The position numbers were made by a program, and so were the translations under genes. A stretch of DNA of 47,248 bases from Myxococcota bacterium (lineage in GTDB: Bacteria; Myxococcota; UBA4151), in contig JAYZBQ010000086.1 of assembly GCA_036338695.1 (NCBI GenBank), positions 1 through 47,248 of the forward strand. The letters run 5' to 3'. Positions 37,323 to 47,248 of this stretch are shown one piece after another; positions within the stretch are counted from its first letter, which is position 1, and every line of letters begins with the position of its first letter. Below the pieces are notes generated by a model, which did no database searches, had not been told where the DNA came from, and saw only the letters and a program-made list of their open reading frames with translations.

Positions 37323-38816
37323 CTAACGCACCAGCAGCTCCAAACCGGCCTCGGCGCAGCGGCGTTGCTCAGATTCCATATCGAGCTCTGCGAGCGGGTG
37401 CTCTGTAAGCCATCCGGACGGAAAGATGAGCTCGATTTGGTCAGCGTGGGCGCGCAGAGTCACTTGAGGGAGCGGACGATCCGAGCGCCGTCTGTTAAGG
37501 CGAACAGCGACCCTCAACAGCGCCATCAGTCTTGGGTAGAAGACCCCGCTGAGCTTGAAACGGTCGAGTCGTCGAGAGCTGATTTGACCGCGGTGACACA
37601 GCACTAAGGCGGCGATCGCTCGTTGTTTATCGAGCGAAAATCCAGGTAGATCGCAGTTGGCAACGAGATAGGCGCTGTGCTTTTGGTAGCCGCTAAAGCC
37701 CATAAACATGCCGACTTCGTGAAGGCGCGCCGCCCAGCGAATCAGGTCACGCGCGTCCTGACGACCATGGTCTGCCCAACTCGGGGCCTGATCAAACAGC
37801 GAAAGCGCTGTTCTCTCCACGCGGGTTGCTTGGGCGCGGTCGAGATCGAATTGGCGCTCAAGATTGGCGACCGTCTCTTCACGTCGGTCACCGTGTCGTT
37901 CGCGTCCGATCAACTCGACGAGCAGTCCCTCGCGCAAGGCAGTTGCCACGGGACGGATACTCTCGAGCTTGAGCGCCGACATGACGCCTTGAAGGACAGC
38001 GATTCCGCCCGCAAGGACCAAGCTTCGGTTCGGACTGACCTCCGGGTGTGAGAACCCCCCAACGACTTTCGCGTCGAGCACGAGGCGTTCGAGTCGATGC
38101 AATGCGCTGCGAGTAATGACGCCTCGAGTTTGGAACAGGTCGGTGACGATCCGACCGATACAGTTAATGGTGCCGGAAGAACCTAGGGCCAAATCGAAAC
38201 GACGGCGAAAGTCGGGGTAGAGGTGTTGGAGCTGACGTTTGGCATTAAGGATGGCGGCGCGCATCGCCGCGTCGCTCACTTGACCGTCAGGAAAGAAACG
38301 AGCGGTCGTGCTCACGCAGCCAAAATGCATACTGTCGAGCTCGTGCGGACCTTCCTCCGTTCCCATGATCACCTCCGTGCTGCCGCCACCAATATCGATC
38401 ACGAGCCGGCTGCCGGGCTGAGGCTCGTCGAGCAGAACACCTTGATAAACTAGTCGAGCTTCCTCACGACCCGAGACGACCTCGATACGCCGACCTAAAA
38501 TAGCCTCTCCACGAGTCAGAAACTCGTCTGCGTTGAGGGCGCGTCGCAAGGTGTTCGTACCGACGCAGCGGATCTGGCTGCGTGGGACCTCAACCAGGCG
38601 GTCAGCGAAGCGCTCAAGACACTCCAAACCCGCGTTGATCGCCTCTGTCGAGAGGTCGTTGTGCTCATCGAGACCAGCGGCGAGGCGCACGTATTCCTTG
38701 TGCCGGTCGATTATGCGTAAGCGACCTGTCGGGTTGGCGCTCGCCAAAACCATGTGAAAGCTGTTCGAGCCTAGGTCAATGCCAGCATACTGACGCGCCG
38801 ATTGAGCGTCTGTCAT
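37323..38816 (-). CDS. ppx: Exopolyphosphatase Ppx/GppA
   Basis: GIDLGSNSFH, VRLAAGL, GTNTLR, SGREEARL, DIGGGSTE, ALREG, C-terminal LHEVG domain. ATG at 38816 overlaps the sixA stop. Confidence 0.93.
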   Translation of the reverse strand: MTDAQSARQYAGIDLGSNSFHMVLASANPTGRLRIIDRHKEYVRLAAGLDEHNDLSTEAINAGLECLERFADRLVEVPRSQIRCVGTNTLRRALNADEFLTRGEAILGRRIEVVSGREEARLVYQGVLLDEPQPGSRLVIDIGGGSTEVIMGTEEGPHELDSMHFGCVSTTARFFPDGQVSDAAMRAAILNAKRQLQHLYPDFRRRFDLALGSSGTINCIGRIVTDLFQTRGVITRSALHRLERLVLDAKVVGGFSHPEVSPNRSLVLAGGIAVLQGVMSALKLESIRPVATALREGLLVELIGRERHGDRREETVANLERQFDLDRAQATRVERTALSLFDQAPSWADHGRQDARDLIRWAARLHEVGMFMGFSGYQKHSAYLVANCDLPGFSLDKQRAIAALVLCHRGQISSRRLDRFKLSGVFYPRLMALLRVAVRLNRRRSDRPLPQVTLRAHADQIELIFPSGWLTEHPLAELDMESEQRRCAEAGLELLVR

Positions 38817-39301
38817 GTCAACCTCGGCGCGCTGATGAGGTCGATCAGTGACCACCGAGTGTCCGTCGCTAATGCCCACTCGGACGCGTCACTCGCCAAA
38901 AGGGCGCAATCGGCTGTTTTGAGATCGACGAGAGCTCCTGTCAGCTGCAGCACTGTGGCGGTCAGTCCCGGCTCATGACCGACCACCATCACCCGCTCAT
39001 CAGCGTGCGCAAACCGGCGAATCACGGTGACCGTTTGCGTCGCGTTTGCGTGATAGAGATCTTGCAGGTCGTGGCGAAACGTTGGTTCATGCCCAGCCTT
39101 GAGCAGCACCTCCGCTGTCTCCTGAGCGCGCCGAGCGCTCGACACCAAGAGTCGCTCGCATGACCAGGCGTCGTCGAGAAGACGGCGCGCAACCCAGCGG
39201 CTTTGCCGAAGCCCGCGCTTCTTTAGCGTGCGGTCGTGATCGCTGGGCAGCGGCTGTTTCCATGAGCTTTTGCCGTGCCGCATCAGCGCCAGGTGGAGCA
39301 T
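38813..39301 (-). CDS. sixA: SixA-type phosphohistidine phosphatase
   Basis: LMRHGKS, DHDRTL..RG, VSSARRAQET, LY, MVVGHEP. Confidence 0.85.
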   Translation of the reverse strand: MLHLALMRHGKSSWKQPLPSDHDRTLKKRGLRQSRWVARRLLDDAWSCERLLVSSARRAQETAEVLLKAGHEPTFRHDLQDLYHANATQTVTVIRRFAHADERVMVVGHEPGLTATVLQLTGALVDLKTADCALLASDASEWALATDTRWSLIDLISAPRLT

Positions 39302-40065
39302 CAGCTCTCATTCCAAACGCTCAGGAGCTTCTCGCTCGGCCGGTAATGCGTGTCTTCAATGTTCAGAAGTGAGGCGATGCGGGCACGAAGATCTGCGTTC
39401 ACCGCCTGCACCGAGCGGTCTGCGTCGATTCGCTCGCACCCCCAACTGTTTGCCCGTTTGTTGAGCTCAGCCTGAAGCTGGCGTTGATAGGCCATAAAGC
39501 GTTCGTAGACCGTCCCCTCAATCGCCATATCTCCACCGAATTCGAGGTGCATGAGCTTCTGCTCTTGCGCAAAGAGGCGCTTGAATGCCGTCTCCGGGGG
39601 CACCTCAAGGAGGAAGGAAGCGGACGCTGACGGGAGGTAACGAAACAAATTCGTGAGATACTCTCGATCGACGCCGCGGACCGATGCGCGGGCGGCCAGG
39701 GTGAGCGCCGAACGATCCATCAGCACGATGAATCCTGCTCGCAGCGAGGGAATCACCGTTTGCTCGATCTGGTCATAAAGATCGGTGGCATAGAGAAGCA
39801 GGCGAGTCCGCGTTTGCAGCTCATTGGAGCGCGCCAGTTCGCCGAGGTCTTTGCCCAGCAGCTTGGAGCGCTTCAGCCCCGCATTACTCACGGCGTACCC
39901 GCGCCACTCCAGCCAATCCTGCAGCAACCGGATATGCGTTGAGCGCCCAGAGCCGTCGGAGCCTTCGACGATGATCATTTTTCCGACATAGTCTTGCTCT
40001 AGCGAGCCCGGCAGGAAGTCGTTTGCGGAAGGGAGCTTCGCCTCTAAATTATTGGAGAGCGTCAT
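39301..40065 (-). CDS. Thymidylate-kinase-fold protein with variant P-loop (candidate PPK3 non-catalytic subunit)
   Basis: IIVEGSDGSGRSTH (Lys replaced by Arg), LLYATD, I.PSLRAGFIVLMDR, RASVRG. TGATG overlaps at both ends. Confidence 0.75.
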   Translation of the reverse strand: MTLSNNLEAKLPSANDFLPGSLEQDYVGKMIIVEGSDGSGRSTHIRLLQDWLEWRGYAVSNAGLKRSKLLGKDLGELARSNELQTRTRLLLYATDLYDQIEQTVIPSLRAGFIVLMDRSALTLAARASVRGVDREYLTNLFRYLPSASASFLLEVPPETAFKRLFAQEQKLMHLEFGGDMAIEGTVYERFMAYQRQLQAELNKRANSWGCERIDADRSVQAVNADLRARIASLLNIEDTHYRPSEKLLSVWNES

Positions 40066-40856
40066 CAGTTCTTCCTCCCGCTAAAGTGGCTCAGATTCAC
40101 CGCTCGAAGAAACTCCTTGCGCGTGGCGCTCTGAAGGGCGTGAACTTCTTGGGTGGCATCGATCGTGACCATCCGACCATCTTCGGCGAGCCCATCATAG
40201 ACCTTCTGGATGCGCCCTTGGTAGAGTTTGAAGCTCTCGACCGGGTCATGGCTGAGGCCGAGGTCCATCCCGGCTTCGTGGTATTTCAGCGCAGGTCGCC
40301 CCCGCAAGATCCGGTTGAGGCTGACTTCAAGGGGCGTCCGGAAGTAGAGCGCCACATCTGGCTTGGGCGCAAAACGATAAAGGTTCTCCACGAAGTCCTG
40401 AGGCACGCCTCGAGCGGCATCTCGAGCGATCGCCGTGTAGAGGTAACGATCGCACAGAACGATGTATCCGGCTTGGAGCAGGGGCAGGATCTGCCGCTCG
40501 CAGCGATCTGCGAAGTCTGCCGTGTGGATCATTGAGAACGTGACGGGTGTCAGCGCTTTGAGCTTTTTGCTTCGGCTGGTGATGCTCTTGACGATAGTCG
40601 ATGAGTTCCACTCCGTGAGATACACGGGGTAGCCTTCATTTTGCAGCCAGCGATACAAGAGATAAAGCTGCGTACTCTTTCCTGAGCCATCGAGTCCCTC
40701 GACGATACACAGCGCGCCCGAGTAGGGTTTTGGCGAGTCATTCAAGGGAAGCCCCAATCTCGTTCGTTGCAGGTTGTGCGTTCCCGATGTTGAACTCGGT
40801 GTGAGCACGAACGGGTCCTCTTGACGCTCATGGAGTAGGTCTGGTCTCGTCGTCAA
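40065..40856 (-). CDS. Thymidylate-kinase-fold protein (candidate PPK3 catalytic subunit)
   Basis: IVEGLDGSGKSTQ, TEWNSS, ADFADR, AGYIVLCDRY.YT, RDAARG, YHEAGMDL. True start probably later (TTG at 40757 or 40745). Confidence 0.78.
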   Translation of the reverse strand: MTTRPDLLHERQEDPFVLTPSSTSGTHNLQRTRLGLPLNDSPKPYSGALCIVEGLDGSGKSTQLYLLYRWLQNEGYPVYLTEWNSSTIVKSITSRSKKLKALTPVTFSMIHTADFADRCERQILPLLQAGYIVLCDRYLYTAIARDAARGVPQDFVENLYRFAPKPDVALYFRTPLEVSLNRILRGRPALKYHEAGMDLGLSHDPVESFKLYQGRIQKVYDGLAEDGRMVTIDATQEVHALQSATRKEFLRAVNLSHFSGRKN

Positions 40857-40870
40857 CAGAGGAGGCCACG

Positions 40871-42802
<1,932 letters not shown>

Positions 42803-42809
42803 TCAGGTC

Positions 42810-43808
42810 TTAGGGTATCGCCCAGACCGGTCCGTGAGTCGTGAGTTGGACGCGCGCGGCCTCGAGCCGCTCGTCCAGCCCGAGCACCAGCCGCTGATCG
42901 TCGTAGGTCAGGACGTGTTGCCACTGCCCTTGCGCAAAGAAGCGCTTCGTCACCGCTACCTGCCCCTTGGGGTCGGGCTCAACGATCACATTTTCAGGGC
43001 GAAAGACCAGCGAGACCGAACCGTTTTGCGGCTCGATCAGGTCATGCTCGCCCAGGCTTGAGCGCGCCTTGCCGCCGGCTGCGCGCGCGGGCACGACCAT
43101 CGCCTCGCCGAGCTGAAGCGCCACCGCAGAATGCGCCGGGCGTTGATAGAGCTCCCGGGCAGGTCCTTGTTGCAAGACCGCGCCGGGCGCGCCGCTCATC
43201 ACGGCGACGCGGTCGCTCAGCGCCATCGCTTCGGCGCGATCATGGGTCACCATCAACGCAGCGGTCGACTCGGCTCGGATCTGCTCGGCACACCAAGCCC
43301 CAAGCTCACCTCGGAGATCGGCGTCGAGGTTGGCGAAGGGTTCATCGAGCAACAGCAGCTTGGGCTGAGGCGCTAAGGCGCGCGCCAGCGCCACACGCTG
43401 CTGCTGCCCGCCGCTGAGCTGTGCCGGGTAGCGGTCGGCTAGCCGGTCGAGCTCGCAGCGCTCGAGCAGCGCTTGGGTGCGCGCGGCCCCATCGCCTCGT
43501 CCGTGGAGGCCGAAGGCGACGTTCTCATAGACCGTCATATGGTGAAAGAGCGCAAAGTCTTGGAACACCATGCCGACGCCGCGTTGGTGCGGGGGTTGGT
43601 CAGCGAGCCGCCCTTCGAGCCGGATCGACCCATGATGCGGAGCGAGGAAGCCGGCGATCGAGCGCAGGATGGAGCTTTTGCCGCAGCCTGAAGGCCCGAG
43701 GATCGAGACCCACTCTCCCGGATGGACGAGCAGGTCGATGCCTTGGCAGACGACGGCGCTGTCGTAGGCAAGCGACAGGTTGTTGAGCTCGAGAACCTCA
43801 GTGCTCAT
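42810..43808 (-). CDS. Fe3+ ABC transporter ATP-binding protein (FbpC-like)
   Basis: GPSGCGKS, GMVFQDFALF, LSGGQQQRVALARALA, LLLDEPF, VTHD. ATG at 43808. Confidence 0.88.
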   Translation of the reverse strand: MSTEVLELNNLSLAYDSAVVCQGIDLLVHPGEWVSILGPSGCGKSSILRSIAGFLAPHHGSIRLEGRLADQPPHQRGVGMVFQDFALFHHMTVYENVAFGLHGRGDGAARTQALLERCELDRLADRYPAQLSGGQQQRVALARALAPQPKLLLLDEPFANLDADLRGELGAWCAEQIRAESTAALMVTHDRAEAMALSDRVAVMSGAPGAVLQQGPARELYQRPAHSAVALQLGEAMVVPARAAGGKARSSLGEHDLIEPQNGSVSLVFRPENVIVEPDPKGQVAVTKRFFAQGQWQHVLTYDDQRLVLGLDERLEAARVQLTTHGPVWAIP

Positions 43809-45360
43809 GGTGACTCCAGCGCCAGAGGACCACTTGGGCACCAAGGACCATCAAGAGCAACCACAAAGAGGCCGCGCCGAGGTCGCCGAGGTGCGCGTCG
43901 TCATGAGCGTCGAAGATCCTCGTCGCCAAGGTTGTTTGACCGGCCGGGAGGAGGAGTAGGCTGATAGGGAGCTCTTTGACGATGGCGACAAAGCTGAGCA
44001 GAAACCCCGACGCCAGCGCCGGCGCAAGGTGCGGAAGCCGGATCCGGCGCGCAATGCGCCATGAGCCTGCGCCGAGCAGCCGCGCCGCATCCAAGCTCTG
44101 TTGGCTCTGAGTGATCAAAGCGGGTTTGAGCGCGGCGTAGCCGTGACTCGCGAAGCGCAGCGCCAGCCCAAGGCACAGGAGCCCACCTCCCTCAGCCAGC
44201 GCGCGTAGTGGGTTGTCCGGGAGCCGAAGCGCCAGCTGAAGCAAGCCATAGCCGATCATCACGCCCGGGACGCCGCTGCCGATAAAGGTGAGCGTCTCGA
44301 GCGCTGATCGCTTCGGCTGAGCGCTGACCAGAACCGCTGGGAACCCACCGAGCAATAAGCTCATGACGCCGCCGAGTGTCCCGACGATCAGCGTGGTGAT
44401 GATCGGCCCTTGCAGCGCGCCTTGCAGCGGTAAGGTCAGCCCCCAGTAGGCGACCAGCGACAGAGGAAGCACCAAACCAAAGAGGAGGTAGAGCAGCAAG
44501 GACGCGGTGCCGACCAGCTGACCCCATCTCGGCGCAGGGCGGCGGCTGCGGTAGCGTGTACGCCCGTAGCTCAGTTGGGTGCGGCTTTGGTCACCGCTCA
44601 GGCGCCTCCCAAGAACGATCATCGGCACGATCGTCCCGATCAGGACCAGCCCGATCAGCGGCGCTTGGACGCCGCCGCGCCCAGCGAACTGGTAGAGCTC
44701 GTAGGTCAGCACCGGCACGTCCATGACCGCCACGGCGCCGAAGTCTGCGGCGGCGTAGACGACCACCAGCAGCGCAGCGAAACCGAGCGCAGGGCGAAGC
44801 GCCGGGAAAACGACCTGCCAGAACACCTTCGAGGGCGGCGCTCCGAGCGTCTGAGCGGCCTCTTCGGCATGCGCTGGTAGGCGCATGAGCGCCGCTGAGA
44901 CCACCAGCTGGACGTAGGGTGTACAGCTCAGGGTGAGCACTAAAAAGGCGGCGCCGAGGCCGCTAAAGGGCGCCTCGCGCCCCAGCATAGCGCCCAAACT
45001 ACCCAGCGGCGCAAAGCCCTCACGCAGCGTGGCGGCGAGCAAAAAGCTAGGCAACACCAGCGGCAAGATTGACAGCCGAGTCAGGAGGCTTGATCCCCAA
45101 AACTGCCAGCGCACTTGAATCCACGCAAAGAGGGATCCGAGCGTCAGCGAGGCGGCTGTGACCATCAGGCTCAGCGAGACGGTCTGCGCGGTTGCGAAGA
45201 GCAGGCGCTCCGAATGGATCGGCGGCGCATCGATCAGGCCGATCGGGTGAGCATAGGCGAGGGCAAGGCCTGCGAGCGGCAACATCACGATCACCGCCGC
45301 GCCGAGCAGGCCGAACCGCTCGAGGTGCTGCAGCGCTTTCGTAGGGCTCGCCGTCGGCAT
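43798..45360 (-). CDS. Fe3+ ABC transporter permease (FbpB-like)
   Basis: Duplicated permease with EEAAQTLGA and DAARLLGA loops; DFGAV; KELP...L.P...TLAT. Confidence 0.88.
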   Translation of the reverse strand: MPTASPTKALQHLERFGLLGAAVIVMLPLAGLALAYAHPIGLIDAPPIHSERLLFATAQTVSLSLMVTAASLTLGSLFAWIQVRWQFWGSSLLTRLSILPLVLPSFLLAATLREGFAPLGSLGAMLGREAPFSGLGAAFLVLTLSCTPYVQLVVSAALMRLPAHAEEAAQTLGAPPSKVFWQVVFPALRPALGFAALLVVVYAAADFGAVAVMDVPVLTYELYQFAGRGGVQAPLIGLVLIGTIVPMIVLGRRLSGDQSRTQLSYGRTRYRSRRPAPRWGQLVGTASLLLYLLFGLVLPLSLVAYWGLTLPLQGALQGPIITTLIVGTLGGVMSLLLGGFPAVLVSAQPKRSALETLTFIGSGVPGVMIGYGLLQLALRLPDNPLRALAEGGGLLCLGLALRFASHGYAALKPALITQSQQSLDAARLLGAGSWRIARRIRLPHLAPALASGFLLSFVAIVKELPISLLLLPAGQTTLATRIFDAHDDAHLGDLGAASLWLLLMVLGAQVVLWRWSHHEH

Positions 45361-45363
45361 GCG

Positions 45364-46389
45364 TTATTGGATACGCAGGCTTCTTAGCAGCGAGAGGCTG
45401 CCGGCGATATCCGTCTGAGCAGACTGCGGGATTTTGAGCGTTGAGGGGCTAAGCGCTGCGACGTCCGGGTGGAGTTTGATGCCCGCTCGAGCCGGGTATT
45501 CGTAGGCGGTCTGAGTGAAGTACGTCTGACCTTCGTCGCTGAGGATGAAGGCGATGAGCTCCTCCGCCAGCGCTTGATTCTTGGAAGCCTTGGGAACACC
45601 GATCCCGGCTAACATGACGAGATGACCTGGATCATCGGGCGAGAAGCTGGCGTTGGCGGCTTTGAGGGTCGAGTCCTGAGCCTTGAGCTTGTGGACGTAA
45701 TAGTGATTGACCCAGCCGATATCGATCTCGCCGGACGACACGGCGCGCACCTGCGGTGAGTTTTTGGGGTAGACCACCGGCTCGTTCGCCTTCATCGCTG
45801 TGAGCCATGCCTTCGTCCTCTCTTCACCCCAGTGGCTGCGCAGCGCGGCGACGTGGGCGTGAAGGCTTGCGTTTCCGGGCGCCCAGCCGACCCGCCCCTT
45901 GAAGCGGGGGTCGGTCAGCTCGTCGAGTGTCTTCGGCGGCGCCTGGATGCGCTCTGGGCTGTACACCATCACCCTGAGGCGGCTGGAGGTCCCCACCCAG
46001 TGACCGCTCGGGCTGCGGTGATCCGCTGCCACCTGCTCAAGAAGCGAGGGGCTCAGCGGCTTCATCAGACCCTTTTGACCGAGCAGGGTCAGGTACCCGA
46101 CGGCTTGCGCGAAAAACAGGTCTGCCGGGCTGCTGGCGCCCTCAAGGACCAGCCGGTTTGCCAATTTTTCGGTGCTTTTGTCGAAGCGCAGCTTGAGCTC
46201 GACGCCGCGTTGGTCGGCGAAGCGCTTCAGGAGCGGCTCGACCAGCAGCGCGCTGCGACCGGAATACACCGTGAGCACCTGCTTGTCTGGCGCTTGCTTG
46301 CGCTGATCGGCGGTGGCGGGTTGCGTCGGCGATGGCTTGGCGTTGCAGGCCAGCGCGCTGAGGCAGAGCGTGATCGTCAAGATGCGCAT
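45364..46389 (-). CDS. Fe3+ ABC transporter substrate-binding lipoprotein (FbpA/FutA-like)
   Basis: Lipobox ALAC; VYSGR, EGASSPADLF, WAPGNAS, iron-ligand NHYY, YEYP. Confidence 0.9.
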   Translation of the reverse strand: MRILTITLCLSALACNAKPSPTQPATADQRKQAPDKQVLTVYSGRSALLVEPLLKRFADQRGVELKLRFDKSTEKLANRLVLEGASSPADLFFAQAVGYLTLLGQKGLMKPLSPSLLEQVAADHRSPSGHWVGTSSRLRVMVYSPERIQAPPKTLDELTDPRFKGRVGWAPGNASLHAHVAALRSHWGEERTKAWLTAMKANEPVVYPKNSPQVRAVSSGEIDIGWVNHYYVHKLKAQDSTLKAANASFSPDDPGHLVMLAGIGVPKASKNQALAEELIAFILSDEGQTYFTQTAYEYPARAGIKLHPDVAALSPSTLKIPQSAQTDIAGSLSLLRSLRIQ

Positions 46390-46515
46390 GGTTCGGTCTT
46401 CCTGAGTTGAACCCGATTTGGGTTAGAAAACAGGGCTTGTAAAGCGGAGGGTTTGTTTTGACCGGTTGTCATACGACCCGCAACGAAGCAGGGTCTTTGT
46501 AGGAGGGTGGGCTTG

Positions 46516-47248
46516 ATGACGTCGGCGCGCGGGGTCTGGGTTGCGATCGCGATGCTCAGCGCCACCGCCTATGCGATCGACCGAGACTCGGACGGGCTCG
46601 ACGACGTCTGGGAGCTGCGTCACTTTGGTACGCTCGGCGCACAAGGTGGTGGCGACGACCCCGATGGCGACGGCTTGGTTAACCGCGATGAGTCTGTCGC
46701 CGGCACCGACCCGAGGGCGGCGGACACCGACGGCGATGGCCTCAGCGACGGTGACGAGGTGCGGGCGCAACCGCCGACAGACCCCACCCTTACCGACACC
46801 GACGGCGACGGGCTCTCGGATGCTGATGAGCAGGTGTATGGCACCAGCCCAGTCCAGGCCGACAGCGATGACGATGAGCTGCCCGATGGGCGCGAGGTGG
46901 CGCTGGCTACGGACCCGCTGAACCCTGACAGCGATTACGGTGGTGTGGTGGACGGCGTCGAGGTGACGCTCGATCAGACCGACCCGCTCGCGCCCGAGGA
47001 TGACCTGCTCGATACCGACAGCGACGGCGTCTCGGACTATAATGAGAGCGTGTTGGGTACAGACCCTTGGAACCCCGACTCTGACGGCGATGGCTTAGCC
47101 GACGGCGAGGAGGACCTCAACGGGGACGGGCGATTTGACCGCAACGCAGGCGAGACAGACCCCACCGACGCTGACTGTGACGACGACGGCCTGAGCGATG
47201 GGAGCGAGCGGCGGCTTGAGACCGACCCGTTCGATCCGGACACGGACC
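46516..47248 (+). CDS. Secreted Ca-binding DxDGDG (thrombospondin type 3-like) repeat protein (3'-partial; not in the ORF track)
   Basis: AGGAGG RBS at 46501; ATG at 46516 gives MTSARGVWVAIAMLSATAYA signal peptide, then repeats such as GTDPRAADTDGDGLSDGDE and GTDPWNPDSDGDGLADGEE. Open to the window end. Confidence 0.88.
   Translation, partial: MTSARGVWVAIAMLSATAYAIDRDSDGLDDVWELRHFGTLGAQGGGDDPDGDGLVNRDESVAGTDPRAADTDGDGLSDGDEVRAQPPTDPTLTDTDGDGLSDADEQVYGTSPVQADSDDDELPDGREVALATDPLNPDSDYGGVVDGVEVTLDQTDPLAPEDDLLDTDSDGVSDYNESVLGTDPWNPDSDGDGLADGEEDLNGDGRFDRNAGETDPTDADCDDDGLSDGSERRLETDPFDPDTD

Noticed and set aside
39301..40856. Annotation as ordinary tmk linked to thyX
   Set aside because: Tandem paralogs, a missing REP motif, a Lys-to-Arg P-loop and coupling to sixA-ppx argue against canonical dTMP kinase.
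46541..46921. ORF-track proteins at the right end
   Set aside because: The real gene is in another frame (ATG at 46516) and was missed because it has no stop inside the window.

Overview
High-GC (roughly 65% in sampled lines) bacterial chromosome segment, most likely Myxococcota-like. The taxon call is an inference from the Cys-rich repeat proteins, DAG-rich lipoprotein linkers and DxDGDG repeat protein. Left to right it holds: a partial Cys-rich secreted protein; thyX-serS-moaC; an outer-membrane protein plus lipase-like lipoprotein; a minus-strand run (DUF1015, class I glutamine amidotransferase, esterase lipoprotein, NhaC, acidic protein, shikimate kinase, FAD/NAD oxidoreductase); a lower-GC ~6 kb block encoding a giant repeat protein split by one in-frame TAA; tRNA-Asp; a 20-repeat Myxococcus Cys-rich/fibrinogen-like lipoprotein; a cyanophycin operon (iadA-cphB-cphA plus a CphA paralog lacking the ATP-grasp domain); a LolA-like/ABC/beta-barrel/TetR module; a translationally coupled operon of two thymidylate-kinase-like genes, sixA and ppx (candidate heteromeric PPK3-type polyphosphate system); acs; an Fe3+ ABC transporter; and a partial Ca-binding repeat protein. 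The best candidates for under-described biology are the ATP-grasp-less CphA partner, the bacterial PPK3-like operon and the interrupted giant repeat gene. All calls are motif-based, made without database searches.
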